Origin: an uncultured Gammaproteobacteria bacterium
Lineage (GTDB): Bacteria > Pseudomonadota > Gammaproteobacteria > CAWCPV01
Assembly: GCA_963797555.1 (NCBI GenBank)
Contig: CAWCPV010000007.1
Coordinates: 480,001-544,000, forward strand
Length of the DNA stretch: 64,000 nt
Direction of reading: 5' to 3'
In this document: piece by piece, positions 55,858 to 64,000 of the stretch
Layout: each line of letters begins with the position of its first letter
How positions within the stretch are numbered: position 1 is the stretch's first letter
Notes under the pieces: model-generated
What the model was told of the DNA's origin: nothing
The model's input: the letters and a program-made list of their open reading frames with translations, nothing else
The model's database searches: none
Program-made: the position numbers and the translations under genes

Positions 55858-57192
55858 ATGAACCGCCCCCTTTGCTTCGTCCTCATGCCCTTCGGCAAGA
55901 AGCCGGATGCCGGGGGCTCGGTGGTCGACTTCGACGCCGTCTACCGGGAGCTGATCGCCCCGGCCATTGAGGAGGCCGGGTTGGAGCCCCTGCGCGCCGA
56001 CGAGGAGATGACCGGCGGCATCATCCACAAGCCGATGTTCGAGCGCCTGATCCTCTGCGAGTATGCGGTGGCCGACCTCACCACGGCCAACGCCAATGTG
56101 TTCTACGAGCTGGGCGTGCGCCATGCGGTGCGCCCGTTCAGCACGGTCCCGCTATTCGCCGCAGGCGGCAGCCGCTTGCCCTTCGATGTGGCACCGCTGC
56201 GGGCGATGCCTTACCGGCTGACCCCCGAGGGCAAGCCTGCGGAAGTGGAGGCCGACAAGAAGGCATTGGTGGAACGTCTCGAAGCGGCCGAGCAAGAGGC
56301 CGCTACCGACAGCCCCGTGTACCAGCTCGTCGAGGGGTTCCCGGACGTCGACCACGCCAAGACCAACGTCTTCCGCGACCAAGTGCGATACGCGGCCGAG
56401 ACCAAGCAACGGCTCGCGGCGGCCCGCAAGCAGGGGGCCGAGGCGGTGCGGGCGGTGGAGCGGGAGCTCCGGGACATCCGTAACCAAGAGGCCGGCGTGG
56501 TGATCGACCTTTTCCTGTCCTACCGCGCCGTCAATGCCTGGGAGGACATGATCGCCCTGGTGCCGAAGATGTCTCCGGCACTCGCTCCCACCGCCATGGT
56601 GCAGGAGCAGCTCGCGCTCGCACTCAACCGTGCGGGGCGCGGGGAAGAGGCCGAGCGAGTGCTCCTCGACCTTATCCAGAGGCGCGGGCCGAGCAGCGAG
56701 ACCTACGGCATCCTGGGGCGGGTATACAAGGACCGCTGGGAGGCCGCAGCCAAGGCCGGTGATCGCTTCCTCGCCCGCGGGCTGCTGGACAGAGCGGTCG
56801 AGGCGTACCTCAAGGGCTTCGAGGCCGACTGGCGCGACGCCTATCCCGGCATCAACGCCGTCACCCTGATGGAGCTGAAGGACCCGCCCGACCCGCGGCG
56901 CGGGGCGCTCCTACCGGTGGTCTCCTACGCCGTGGAGCGGCGCATCGCCGCCGGCAAGCCCGACTACTGGGACCACGCCACCCGCCTGGAGCTGGCGGTG
57001 CTGGCCAGGGAGGAGCAGAAGGCGAAGGCAGCGCTCTCCGACGCGCTCCCTGCGGTGCGCGAGCCCTGGGAGCCCGAGACCACCGCGCGCAACCTGCGTC
57101 TGATTCGAGAGGCCAGGGAGGGGCGGGGGGAAGAGGTGCCGTGGGCGAGGGAGATCGAACGGGAGTTGGAGCGGCGATCGCAGCGGCGCTAG
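55858..57192 (+). CDS. DUF4071 / MAP3K TRAF-binding-like protein: nucleoside deoxyribosyltransferase-like N-terminus + TPRs
   Basis: CFVLMPFG, LRADEE, ADLTTANANVFYELGVRHA; LFLSYRAV.AW, ETYGILGRVYKD, YPGINAVTL, DYWDHATRLE. Confidence 0.82.
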   Translation: MNRPLCFVLMPFGKKPDAGGSVVDFDAVYRELIAPAIEEAGLEPLRADEEMTGGIIHKPMFERLILCEYAVADLTTANANVFYELGVRHAVRPFSTVPLFAAGGSRLPFDVAPLRAMPYRLTPEGKPAEVEADKKALVERLEAAEQEAATDSPVYQLVEGFPDVDHAKTNVFRDQVRYAAETKQRLAAARKQGAEAVRAVERELRDIRNQEAGVVIDLFLSYRAVNAWEDMIALVPKMSPALAPTAMVQEQLALALNRAGRGEEAERVLLDLIQRRGPSSETYGILGRVYKDRWEAAAKAGDRFLARGLLDRAVEAYLKGFEADWRDAYPGINAVTLMELKDPPDPRRGALLPVVSYAVERRIAAGKPDYWDHATRLELAVLAREEQKAKAALSDALPAVREPWEPETTARNLRLIREAREGRGEEVPWAREIERELERRSQRR

Positions 57193-57460
57193 TGCCCCAC
57201 AGCCGCGACCTCACTTAGCGCTCTGAGGGGATCGAGATCCCAGGTGCGCCAGCGTAACGCACCAGGCATACAGACCAAGGTCGGTTCGTTACGTTATGCT
57301 CGGGCGGTTGGCGCTGAGACGCCGACCAAGCTGCCAGAGCGCTCCGACGACAGGATATGAATGCGGTGCGTGGGCAGGCGCAGATGCGTCGGTCAGGTGT
57401 ACTTTGGGCACTTTATTGGGGCTGGATTGGGGCTGAGCGGGGAGTTTCGGCGGAGCATCG

Positions 57461-58111
57461 ATGCGGATCAAGAACGCATGTTTCATCAGCTATTGCCACG
57501 GTCAGAATGAGCTGATCAAGGGTTTCATCGAGCAGCTCTGTAGAGCACTCAAGAACTACCTGGAGCCGCTGATGGACGAGGGGGTATATGTCGATTACGA
57601 GCGGCTTCAGCCCGGTTACCGATTCAACGAAGCCCTGGCCAGAGATATTTGCGAGAGCGTTTGCATGATCGTGGTCTACTACCCCAGATACGAGCAGCAC
57701 TCGTATTGCCGGCGCGAGTTCGCGGCCATGGAGATCATGGAGGAGCACCGCAAGGCCCTACTGGGTGCCCACCTACATGGACGTGGCTTCATTATTCCGG
57801 TGATTCTCACTACCGGCGCTGACGGAGTCCCCGACAAGATCAAAGGTGCCCTCCACTACTCCGATTTCTCTGGGTGGACCCTTGCCAGCAGCGATATTAG
57901 CCGTAACCCGGACTTCATACCGGCCATTAAGGACATCTGCACAGCTATCCACGAGCTCTACGAGCTGCTGCGGCAGAAGATTGCCGCCGGAAATCAGCAT
58001 ATGGACTGCGTCGACTTCCGGGTTCCCGCTGAAGCCGACGCGCCGCCTTGGCAACACGGGGGGACAGTGCCTGGCCCATTGCCCTTTCCCGGCCGGAAGT
58101 CCGCCCCGTGA
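57461..58111 (+). CDS. stand-alone TIR-domain protein (FxsC-like)
   Basis: CFISYCH, LARDICESVCMIVVYYPRY..SYCRREF, IIPVI. Confidence 0.8.
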   Translation: MRIKNACFISYCHGQNELIKGFIEQLCRALKNYLEPLMDEGVYVDYERLQPGYRFNEALARDICESVCMIVVYYPRYEQHSYCRREFAAMEIMEEHRKALLGAHLHGRGFIIPVILTTGADGVPDKIKGALHYSDFSGWTLASSDISRNPDFIPAIKDICTAIHELYELLRQKIAAGNQHMDCVDFRVPAEADAPPWQHGGTVPGPLPFPGRKSAP

Positions 58112-60912
58112 AGCCAGCCATCGCGGGCGAGGTAATCACCTTCTATTCCTACAAGGGTGGTACGGGCCGCTCCATGGCGCTGGCCAATATCGCTTGCCTG
58201 CTTGCTGCCTCGAGTGCAGACGGCCGTGAGGTGCTTATAGTGGACTGGGATTTGGAGGCGCCAGGCCAGCACTGGTTCTTCCTCCGCTCGCAGCTTCCTG
58301 GGGCGAACGACGGATGGCGTGCGGCCGGGAGTGACGAGCGACCAGGGTTGATGGAACTGCTTGAGATGCTAGAACGCAAGGTGCCGAAGACCGATGCGGA
58401 GTCGGTCGTCGAGGCTGAAGCGCAGGCCGAGAAGCTATTTGAAGGCCTGTCGCTCGAAACCTACGTCACTCCGACGGCCTTTCCCAAAGTCCATTTGCTC
58501 AAGGCCGGACGGCTCGACTCGGGCTATCCAGAACGGGTCAACACCTTCGCCTGGGAGGGCCTCTACCGGCGTGCGCCGTACCTTTACCAGACCTTAGCCA
58601 GGCACCTTGCGGCGCGGTACCGCTACGTCATCATCGACGCGCGCACCGGGCTTGCGGACATGAGCGGGATATGCACGACCCTCATGCCGGAAAAGCTGGT
58701 CGTGGTGTTTACCCCTAATCGACAAAGCCTGACCGGTATGTCGGAGGTAATCAAGCGAGCTACCACGTACCGTCGCCGTTCCGACGACCTGCGGCCCCTG
58801 CTCGTCTACCCTCTGCCATCGCGCATCGATTCAGAGCGGGACGAGTTGCGCAAGCGTTGGCGGTATGGGGACTCCACGCATGGAGTCGACGGTTACCAGC
58901 CACTCTTCGAGCGGCTGTTCCAGAACGTCTACGGGCTGAAGCAATGCGACCTGGGGGCCTATTTCGATGAGGTGCAGATCCAGCACAGCCCCGATTACGC
59001 CTATGGTGAAGAGATCGCCGTCAACGTGGAGACGAGCGAGGACCGCTTTTCCCTCGTTAGGAGCTACAAGGCGTTGCTGGAATGGCTGGCCAACTCCTAC
59101 GCGCCTTGGGAAGGTCTGGAGCAGGCACGCGCGATCCGCGACCTCGGCGTACTGGAGGTGAAGGAGCGCGAGTTGCGGGCTCGGGCCGGGGCGGACGCCG
59201 AGGCGAGGCGCGAGCTAGCGTCGTTGCGAGAGGAAATCTTCACCCGCAAGGCAAAGTTAAAGGGCGAGCAGGATCCCGATACCCTGGCGGCAATGGACCG
59301 GCTGGCCCGAACCGTCTGGGAGCAAGGTGACTGGAACGCAGCGCGACGGCTGCAGGAGCAGGCGATCGAGGCCCGCCGCCGGGTGCTGGGCGAGGAGCAC
59401 CCCGACACCCTGACCAGCATGGGCAACCTGGCCGCGACGCTCCGGGCCCAGGGCGACCTCCCCGGCGCCCGCGCCCTTCAGGAAAAGGTCCTGGAGGTCA
59501 GCCGCCGGGTGCTGGGCGAGGAGCACCCCGACACCCTGACCAGCATGGGCAACCTGGCCGCGACGCTCCGGGCCCAGGGCGACCTCCCCGGCGCCCGCGC
59601 CCTTCAGGAAAAGGTCCTGGAGGTCAGCCGCCGGGTGCTGGGCGAGGAGCACCCCGACACCCTGACCAGCATGGGCAACCTGGCCGCGACGCTCCGGGCC
59701 CAGGGCGACCTCCCCGGCGCCCGCGCCCTTCAGGAAAAGGTCCTGGAGGTCAGCCGCCGGGTGCTGGGCGAGGACCACCCGGACACCCTGAGGAGCATGG
59801 GCAACCTGGCCGCGACGCTCCGGGCCCAGGGCGACCTCCCCGGCGCCCGCGCCCTTCAGGAAAAGGTCCTGGAGGTCCGCCGCCGGGTGCTGGGCGAGGA
59901 CCACCCAAACACCCTGACCAGCATGGGCAACCTGGCCTGGACGCTCCGGGCCCAGGGCGACCTCCCCGGCGCCCGCGCCCTTCAGGAAAAGGTCCTGGAG
60001 GTCCGCCGCCGGGTGCTGGGCGAGGACCACCCAAACACCCTGACCAGCATGGGCAACCTGGCCTGGACGCTCCGGGCCCAGGGCGACCTCCCCGGCGCCC
60101 GCGCCCTTCAGGAAAAGGTCCTGGAGGTCAGCCGCCGGGTGCTGGGCGAGGACCACCCGGACACCCTGACCAGCATGAACAACCTGGCCGGGACGCTCTG
60201 GGCCCAGGGCGACCTCCCCGGCGCCCGCACCCTTCAGGAAAAGGTCCTGGAGGTCCGCCGCCGGGTGCTGGGCGAGGACCACCCGGACACCCTGACCAGC
60301 ATGAACAACCTGGCCGGGACGCTCTGGGACCGGGGCGACCTCGCCGACGCCCGCGCCCTTGAGGAAAAGGTTCTCGAGGTCCGCCGCCGGGTGCTGGGCG
60401 AAGACCACCCAAACACCCTGACCAGCATGGGCAACCTGGCTGGCACGCTTGGGGCCCAGGGCGACCTCCCCGGCGCCCGCGCCCTTCAGGAAAAGGTCCT
60501 GGAGGTCCGCCGCCGGGTGCTGGGCGAGGACCACCCAAACACCCTGACCAGCATGGGCAACCTGGCCTGGACGCTCCGGGCCCAGGGCGACCTCCCCGGC
60601 GCCCGCGCCCTTCAGGAAAAGGTCCTGGAGGTCCGCCGCCGGGTGCTGGGCGAGGACCACCCAAACACCCTGACCAGCATGGGCAACCTGGCCTGGACGC
60701 TCCGGGCCCAGGGCGACCTCCCCGGCGCCCGCGCCCTTCAGGAAAAGGTCCTGGAGGTCCGCCGCCGCCTGCTCGGCCCTGAGCACCCCGACACACTTCG
60801 GGCAATGGCCCAGCTCGCCGAAACACTCGATAAGTCGGACGACAAGGCTGCCCTCGCCGCGCTGCAGAAAGAGATCATTGCCTCAGTACAGCGTTTGCAG
60901 AAAACGCCCTAG
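58108..60912 (+). CDS. ParA/MinD-like ATPase (KGGxGR variant) fused to a 42-aa TPR array
   Basis: ITFYSYKGGTGRSMALAN, VDWDLEAPG, YVIIDARTG; HPDTLTSMGNLA repeats; GTGA overlap with the TIR gene. Confidence 0.88.
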   Translation: MKPAIAGEVITFYSYKGGTGRSMALANIACLLAASSADGREVLIVDWDLEAPGQHWFFLRSQLPGANDGWRAAGSDERPGLMELLEMLERKVPKTDAESVVEAEAQAEKLFEGLSLETYVTPTAFPKVHLLKAGRLDSGYPERVNTFAWEGLYRRAPYLYQTLARHLAARYRYVIIDARTGLADMSGICTTLMPEKLVVVFTPNRQSLTGMSEVIKRATTYRRRSDDLRPLLVYPLPSRIDSERDELRKRWRYGDSTHGVDGYQPLFERLFQNVYGLKQCDLGAYFDEVQIQHSPDYAYGEEIAVNVETSEDRFSLVRSYKALLEWLANSYAPWEGLEQARAIRDLGVLEVKERELRARAGADAEARRELASLREEIFTRKAKLKGEQDPDTLAAMDRLARTVWEQGDWNAARRLQEQAIEARRRVLGEEHPDTLTSMGNLAATLRAQGDLPGARALQEKVLEVSRRVLGEEHPDTLTSMGNLAATLRAQGDLPGARALQEKVLEVSRRVLGEEHPDTLTSMGNLAATLRAQGDLPGARALQEKVLEVSRRVLGEDHPDTLRSMGNLAATLRAQGDLPGARALQEKVLEVRRRVLGEDHPNTLTSMGNLAWTLRAQGDLPGARALQEKVLEVRRRVLGEDHPNTLTSMGNLAWTLRAQGDLPGARALQEKVLEVSRRVLGEDHPDTLTSMNNLAGTLWAQGDLPGARTLQEKVLEVRRRVLGEDHPDTLTSMNNLAGTLWDRGDLADARALEEKVLEVRRRVLGEDHPNTLTSMGNLAGTLGAQGDLPGARALQEKVLEVRRRVLGEDHPNTLTSMGNLAWTLRAQGDLPGARALQEKVLEVRRRVLGEDHPNTLTSMGNLAWTLRAQGDLPGARALQEKVLEVRRRLLGPEHPDTLRAMAQLAETLDKSDDKAALAALQKEIIASVQRLQKTP
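59392..60777 (+). repeat. 11 x 126-bp near-identical coding tandem repeats (TPR)
   Basis: Unit E(E/D)HP(D/N)TL(T/R)SM(G/N)NLA(A/W/G)TL(R/W/G)AQGDLPGARALQEKVLEV(S/R)RRVLG; 1386 bp. Confidence 0.97.
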
Positions 60913-61302
60913 CCGACAGCGCCTGAGTGCCGGGGCATCATCCGCGGCGGCCTGACGAAACAGTGCGTCCCTCAGCTCGATGGGGTGGATGTGGGCGGCC
61001 CTGGCCTCGGGATTCACGACCAGCACTCGACACCTCGGATCGCCCTCGCGGCTTGTGGCGAGAAAGCCCGCCGTCGGCTCCCACTGGCAGGCGCGGGAGC
61101 GCGCGTAGTGCTCGGAGTAATAGGCGAACACGGCCTTGGAATTGGCGATGCCCTCGACGATGGCGCGGGTGATGCTGGAGTAGTCCCGGATGTCGCTCTC
61201 GTCCTGCCAGACCGCCAGGCCGGAGGCTCGCAGCGCCTCGACGATGGGACGCACCGCGCCCCGGTTCTTGTGCGGATAGCTGAGGAATAAGTCACAGGAC
61301 AT
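60883..61302 (-). pseudogene. TIR-domain N-terminal fragment of a larger gene
   Basis: DLFLSY, LAVWQDE, YSEHYARSRACQWE; runs into the convergent TPR gene end. Confidence 0.7.
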
Positions 61303-61359
61303 CGCGGACTCTTGGCTGTGCATGCAGCGCGGGCCGCCGTTGGATCGAAGCCGACGGTC

Positions 61360-61803
61360 TCAGGGAGCCAGCAACCGATGCTTGACGCTGAGGGAAGCGG
61401 CCGATCGGGCCAGCAGTACATCGCAGGTCACCAGCACGGCGCCCAGCGCATGTGCACAGGCGAGGTGCAGTGCATCCAGGGTGCGCAACGGTGTCATCCG
61501 GGCGAGCAGCCAGCGCTCTGCCTGCCGATAATGGCGTGCATCGAGCGCAACGACCCGAAAGCAGCCGCTCTCCAAATCCTCGCGGTAGGCGGATTCGACT
61601 TCTGCGGCCTGAGCGGGGGTCAATTCACCCATTCGCACCCATCGGGCCAGTGCCGAGGCAAGCTCGATCTGGGTCAGGAGGGTCAGCAGCGCCGGGCGGG
61701 TCAACGACATCAACAGCGCCTGCACAGCATCACTCACGGCCTCCTCACGGTAGTAAGGCAGCAGCGCGCTGGTGTCCAGGTACAGCTCCTCAGTAGCGCT
61801 CAT
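61360..61803 (-). CDS. vapC: VapC PIN-domain toxin
   Basis: YLDTSALLPYY, ELASAL, LRTLDALHLA, LVTCD. Confidence 0.9.
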   Translation of the reverse strand: MSATEELYLDTSALLPYYREEAVSDAVQALLMSLTRPALLTLLTQIELASALARWVRMGELTPAQAAEVESAYREDLESGCFRVVALDARHYRQAERWLLARMTPLRTLDALHLACAHALGAVLVTCDVLLARSAASLSVKHRLLAP

Positions 61804-62032
61804 CCTCTCTCAGACCGCGTACGATCTCGGCGCTGGTGATCTGGCTGACAGGTAGCCGCTGGCGGAACGCCCGCCGGTCCGGAAAGCACACGCCCTGCGG
61901 CTGTGGAGCGATAGCCACCAGGCGTGCTATCGCTTTGCCGCGGCGCTCGATGACGACCTCCTCGCCAGCCTCGACGGCATCCAGAAGCCGGCCTATCTGG
62001 GCCCGCAGTTCGCGGATATTGACTACGTGCAT
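61790..62032 (-). CDS. Phd/YefM-family antitoxin
   Basis: VNIRELRAQIGRLLDAVEAGEEVVIERRGKAIARLV. Confidence 0.9.
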   Translation of the reverse strand: MHVVNIRELRAQIGRLLDAVEAGEEVVIERRGKAIARLVAIAPQPQGVCFPDRRAFRQRLPVSQITSAEIVRGLREDERY

Positions 62033-62047
62033 CGTGTCCTCCCCGGA

Positions 62048-62069
62048 ATGTACACCGAGCAGTGTACAT
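62048..62069. promoter_or_regulatory. palindromic operator upstream of the TA pair
   Basis: ATGTACAC-CGAGCA-GTGTACAT. Confidence 0.65.
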
Positions 62070-62122
62070 GCACTAACGGCGGATTGCCGGGGGCCGACGA
62101 CAGCGTTCTGGCAAAAGCTTGC

Positions 62123-62146
62123 GGCGGCAAGGGGTTGCCGCCCTAA
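62123..62146 (-). repeat. REP-like hairpin
   Basis: GGCGGCAA-GGGG-TTGCCGCC followed by CTAA (a variant GTAG foot on the minus strand). Confidence 0.5.
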
Positions 62147-62239
62147 AGGCTCCGCGGAGTCATGTCTCGTCGATCTGAGGGCCTCGCCAGCGCGATGCTT
62201 GCGACGTGTACCGACTTACGGACTCGATGCCGCAGCTAC

Positions 62240-62418
62240 CAGGACGAGCAGAAGGCGATACCGGCGCTCGCGGACGCGCTGGCCGCGGTGCGGAGCCCTG
62301 GGAGCCCGAGACCACCGCGCGCAACCTGCGGCCCATCCGAGAGGCCAGGGAGGGGCGGAGGGACGACGTACCGTGGGCGAGGGAGATCGAGGGGGAGTTG
62401 GAGCAACGGGCACGGTAA
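62240..62418 (+). pseudogene. diverged copy of the DUF4071 gene 3' end
   Basis: Matches about 57007-57192 (EPWEPETTARNLR.IREAREGR...VPWAREIE.ELE.R). Confidence 0.9.
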
Positions 62419-62632
62419 TAACTAAGTCTTTGCGGCTGGCACATCGCTGAAAGGATGCTGCGTTACTCGACGTACGCCGGCAAGAAACACGATACTGCGG
62501 ACTTCAGCACGGCTCGATTATCATAAACGGTGCGCCCTCGGCTTTTTGTGTGAGTCCAACTGCGAAGGGTCCGCAGAGGCTCTTGCAGGCCAGCCATGTC
62601 AAAATCACTGCTCCGTAGGTGGGGTTACGTGC

Positions 62633-64000
62633 GTGCAGCACCCTGATCACTTCGAGTGGGACGTGTTCCTGAGCTACAGCCATGCGGACAAGCCGCGAGT
62701 TCTCCGTCTGGCCGAAAGGTTGCGCGATGCCGGGTTGCACGTTTGGCTGGATGACTGGGTAGTCCGGCCCGGCGATGACTTCAATCTTGCAATACAAGAG
62801 GGGCTTCAGCGCTCCCGGCGGCAGGTGTTCTGCATTTCGAAAGAATCGGTCGAATCTGACTGGGCCCGCGCTGAGCAGAATAGCGTTCTTTTCCGGGACC
62901 CTCTCAACCGCGAGCGCCGGTTCATACCGTTCTTTTGGAAGACTGCGGCATACCCGATTTCGTCGGGCGCTTCCATCGTGTCGACCTCCGCTCGGAAACC
63001 GAAGAGGCATGCCGCCAGCCCATCGACGCCTGCTCACCGGCACATTACGGGACCATGGCCGCAAACGCGCCAGGTACCGCGACTCGGGAGGAGCTTGACG
63101 TCCTTCGCGACAGGTTCGCCCATGCATCGCAGGACCTCCTCCGCTGGCCCGCATCTCTCCCCGGAGGCACATGGTTGGAGCGGCCGGAGCTGGACGATAT
63201 CCTGCGCTCGATCGAAACCACACGATCCTCCTTGACCCTTCTGCTCGGTGAACCAGGGGGCGGCAAGTCGGCCCTGTTGGCCCGCCTTGGTGCGCTTCTC
63301 CAGGAGCGCGCTATAGCCCTGCTGGCGATCAAGGCTGACTTCCTGCCCAGCAACGTCCTGACGCTCTCGGATCTGTCGACCTATCTGCAGTTTCCCGTCA
63401 CGGTGGACCGGGCATTCCCACTGCTCGCAGCCCAAGGGCCCGTGGTGCTCCTCGTCGATCAGCTCGATGCCTTGGCCGACATGGTGGTGCAGCATGCAGA
63501 GCGCCTGAAGCCCCTGCTCGAACTCATCGAGACTCTCGCTGAGATCGATACCGTCCATATCGTGGCATCGTGCCGTACCTTTGAGCACCGCCACGATCCA
63601 CGCCTGCGGAGCCTTGCTGCGGAGCCCCTGCAACTCTCCCTCCCTGGCTGGGAATCTGTGGCGTCCACATTGCGCCATTGGGGTATCGAAGCAGGAGCCT
63701 GGAGCGCTTCGATCCGCGAAGAACTCCGTAGTCCTCACGTATTGGCGCTGTTCCTCGACTTGCTGAAAGACAGGCACGAAGCGCACGTGCTCTCTTGCTA
63801 CCAGGCGATGCTGGATACCCTCTGGCAGCAACGGGTGCTGCACGACACGACCGGGGCACGACGCCAACTGCTATTCGACATGGCGGAACAGATGGCCGAA
63901 CGAGAGACGCTATGGTTGCCGTTGGCGATGTACGAGGACCGGCGGGAGACGGTTCACGCGCTGGCGCGCGATGGAATCCTCACCACGGACGACGCGGGTC
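62633..64000 (+). CDS. TIR + STAND-type ATPase (Avs-like), frameshifted, runs off the window
   Basis: DVFLSYSHADK...SDWARAE..LFRDPLN; in another frame WLERPEL, LLGEPGGGKSALLA, LLVDQLDAL, VASCRTFE. Confidence 0.75.

Noticed and set aside
57252-57300. Integron attC site (CGTAAC...GTTACG/GTTATGC)
   Set aside because: Too short, no internal L boxes and no integrase in the window.
59392-60777. CRISPR array
   Set aside because: The repeats are contiguous, in-frame 126-bp coding units with no unique spacers, and no cas genes are present.
59257-60826. Long antisense ORFs (also 6577-8079, 8147-9856, 49564-51762 and others)
   Set aside because: Shadow frames of real high-GC genes with no recognisable motifs.

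Overview
High-GC proteobacterial-type accessory region. It has many single-base frameshifts, densest at 16.4-21.2 kb and 24-31 kb, which suggests long-read consensus error. In order: an IS5 element with inverted repeats (IRs) and a TATA target-site duplication (TSD); a CheY-CheC-PAS/GGDEF module; an HTH-ferredoxin-reductase fusion; and a complete minus-strand BREX locus (brxE-brxA-brxB-brxC-pglX-[toxin-antitoxin stack]-pglZ-brxL) whose BrxL ends in a MITD1-like PLD-fold domain instead of a Lon protease. Next come a group II intron 3' relic, three tandem arylsulfatases with a beta-propeller and an outer-membrane protein, IS1380, an extended arsenic operon, a cytochrome b/molybdo-oxidoreductase pair, IS3/MITE/Lhr relics, a YbhGFSR-like ABC exporter and glgX. 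From 52.6 kb to the end lies an immune-like island with four TIR domains. It holds a TIR-STAND-TM-FGE/C-lectin gene with a diversity-generating retroelement (DGR) variable region, hairpin and truncated avd but no TR/RT, a DUF4071 (ASK-like TPR) protein, a TIR gene coupled to a ParA/MinD-like ATPase with 11 near-identical but site-variable 126-bp TPR repeats, and a TIR-STAND (Avs-like) gene running off the window. All family assignments come from motif recognition, not database searches.
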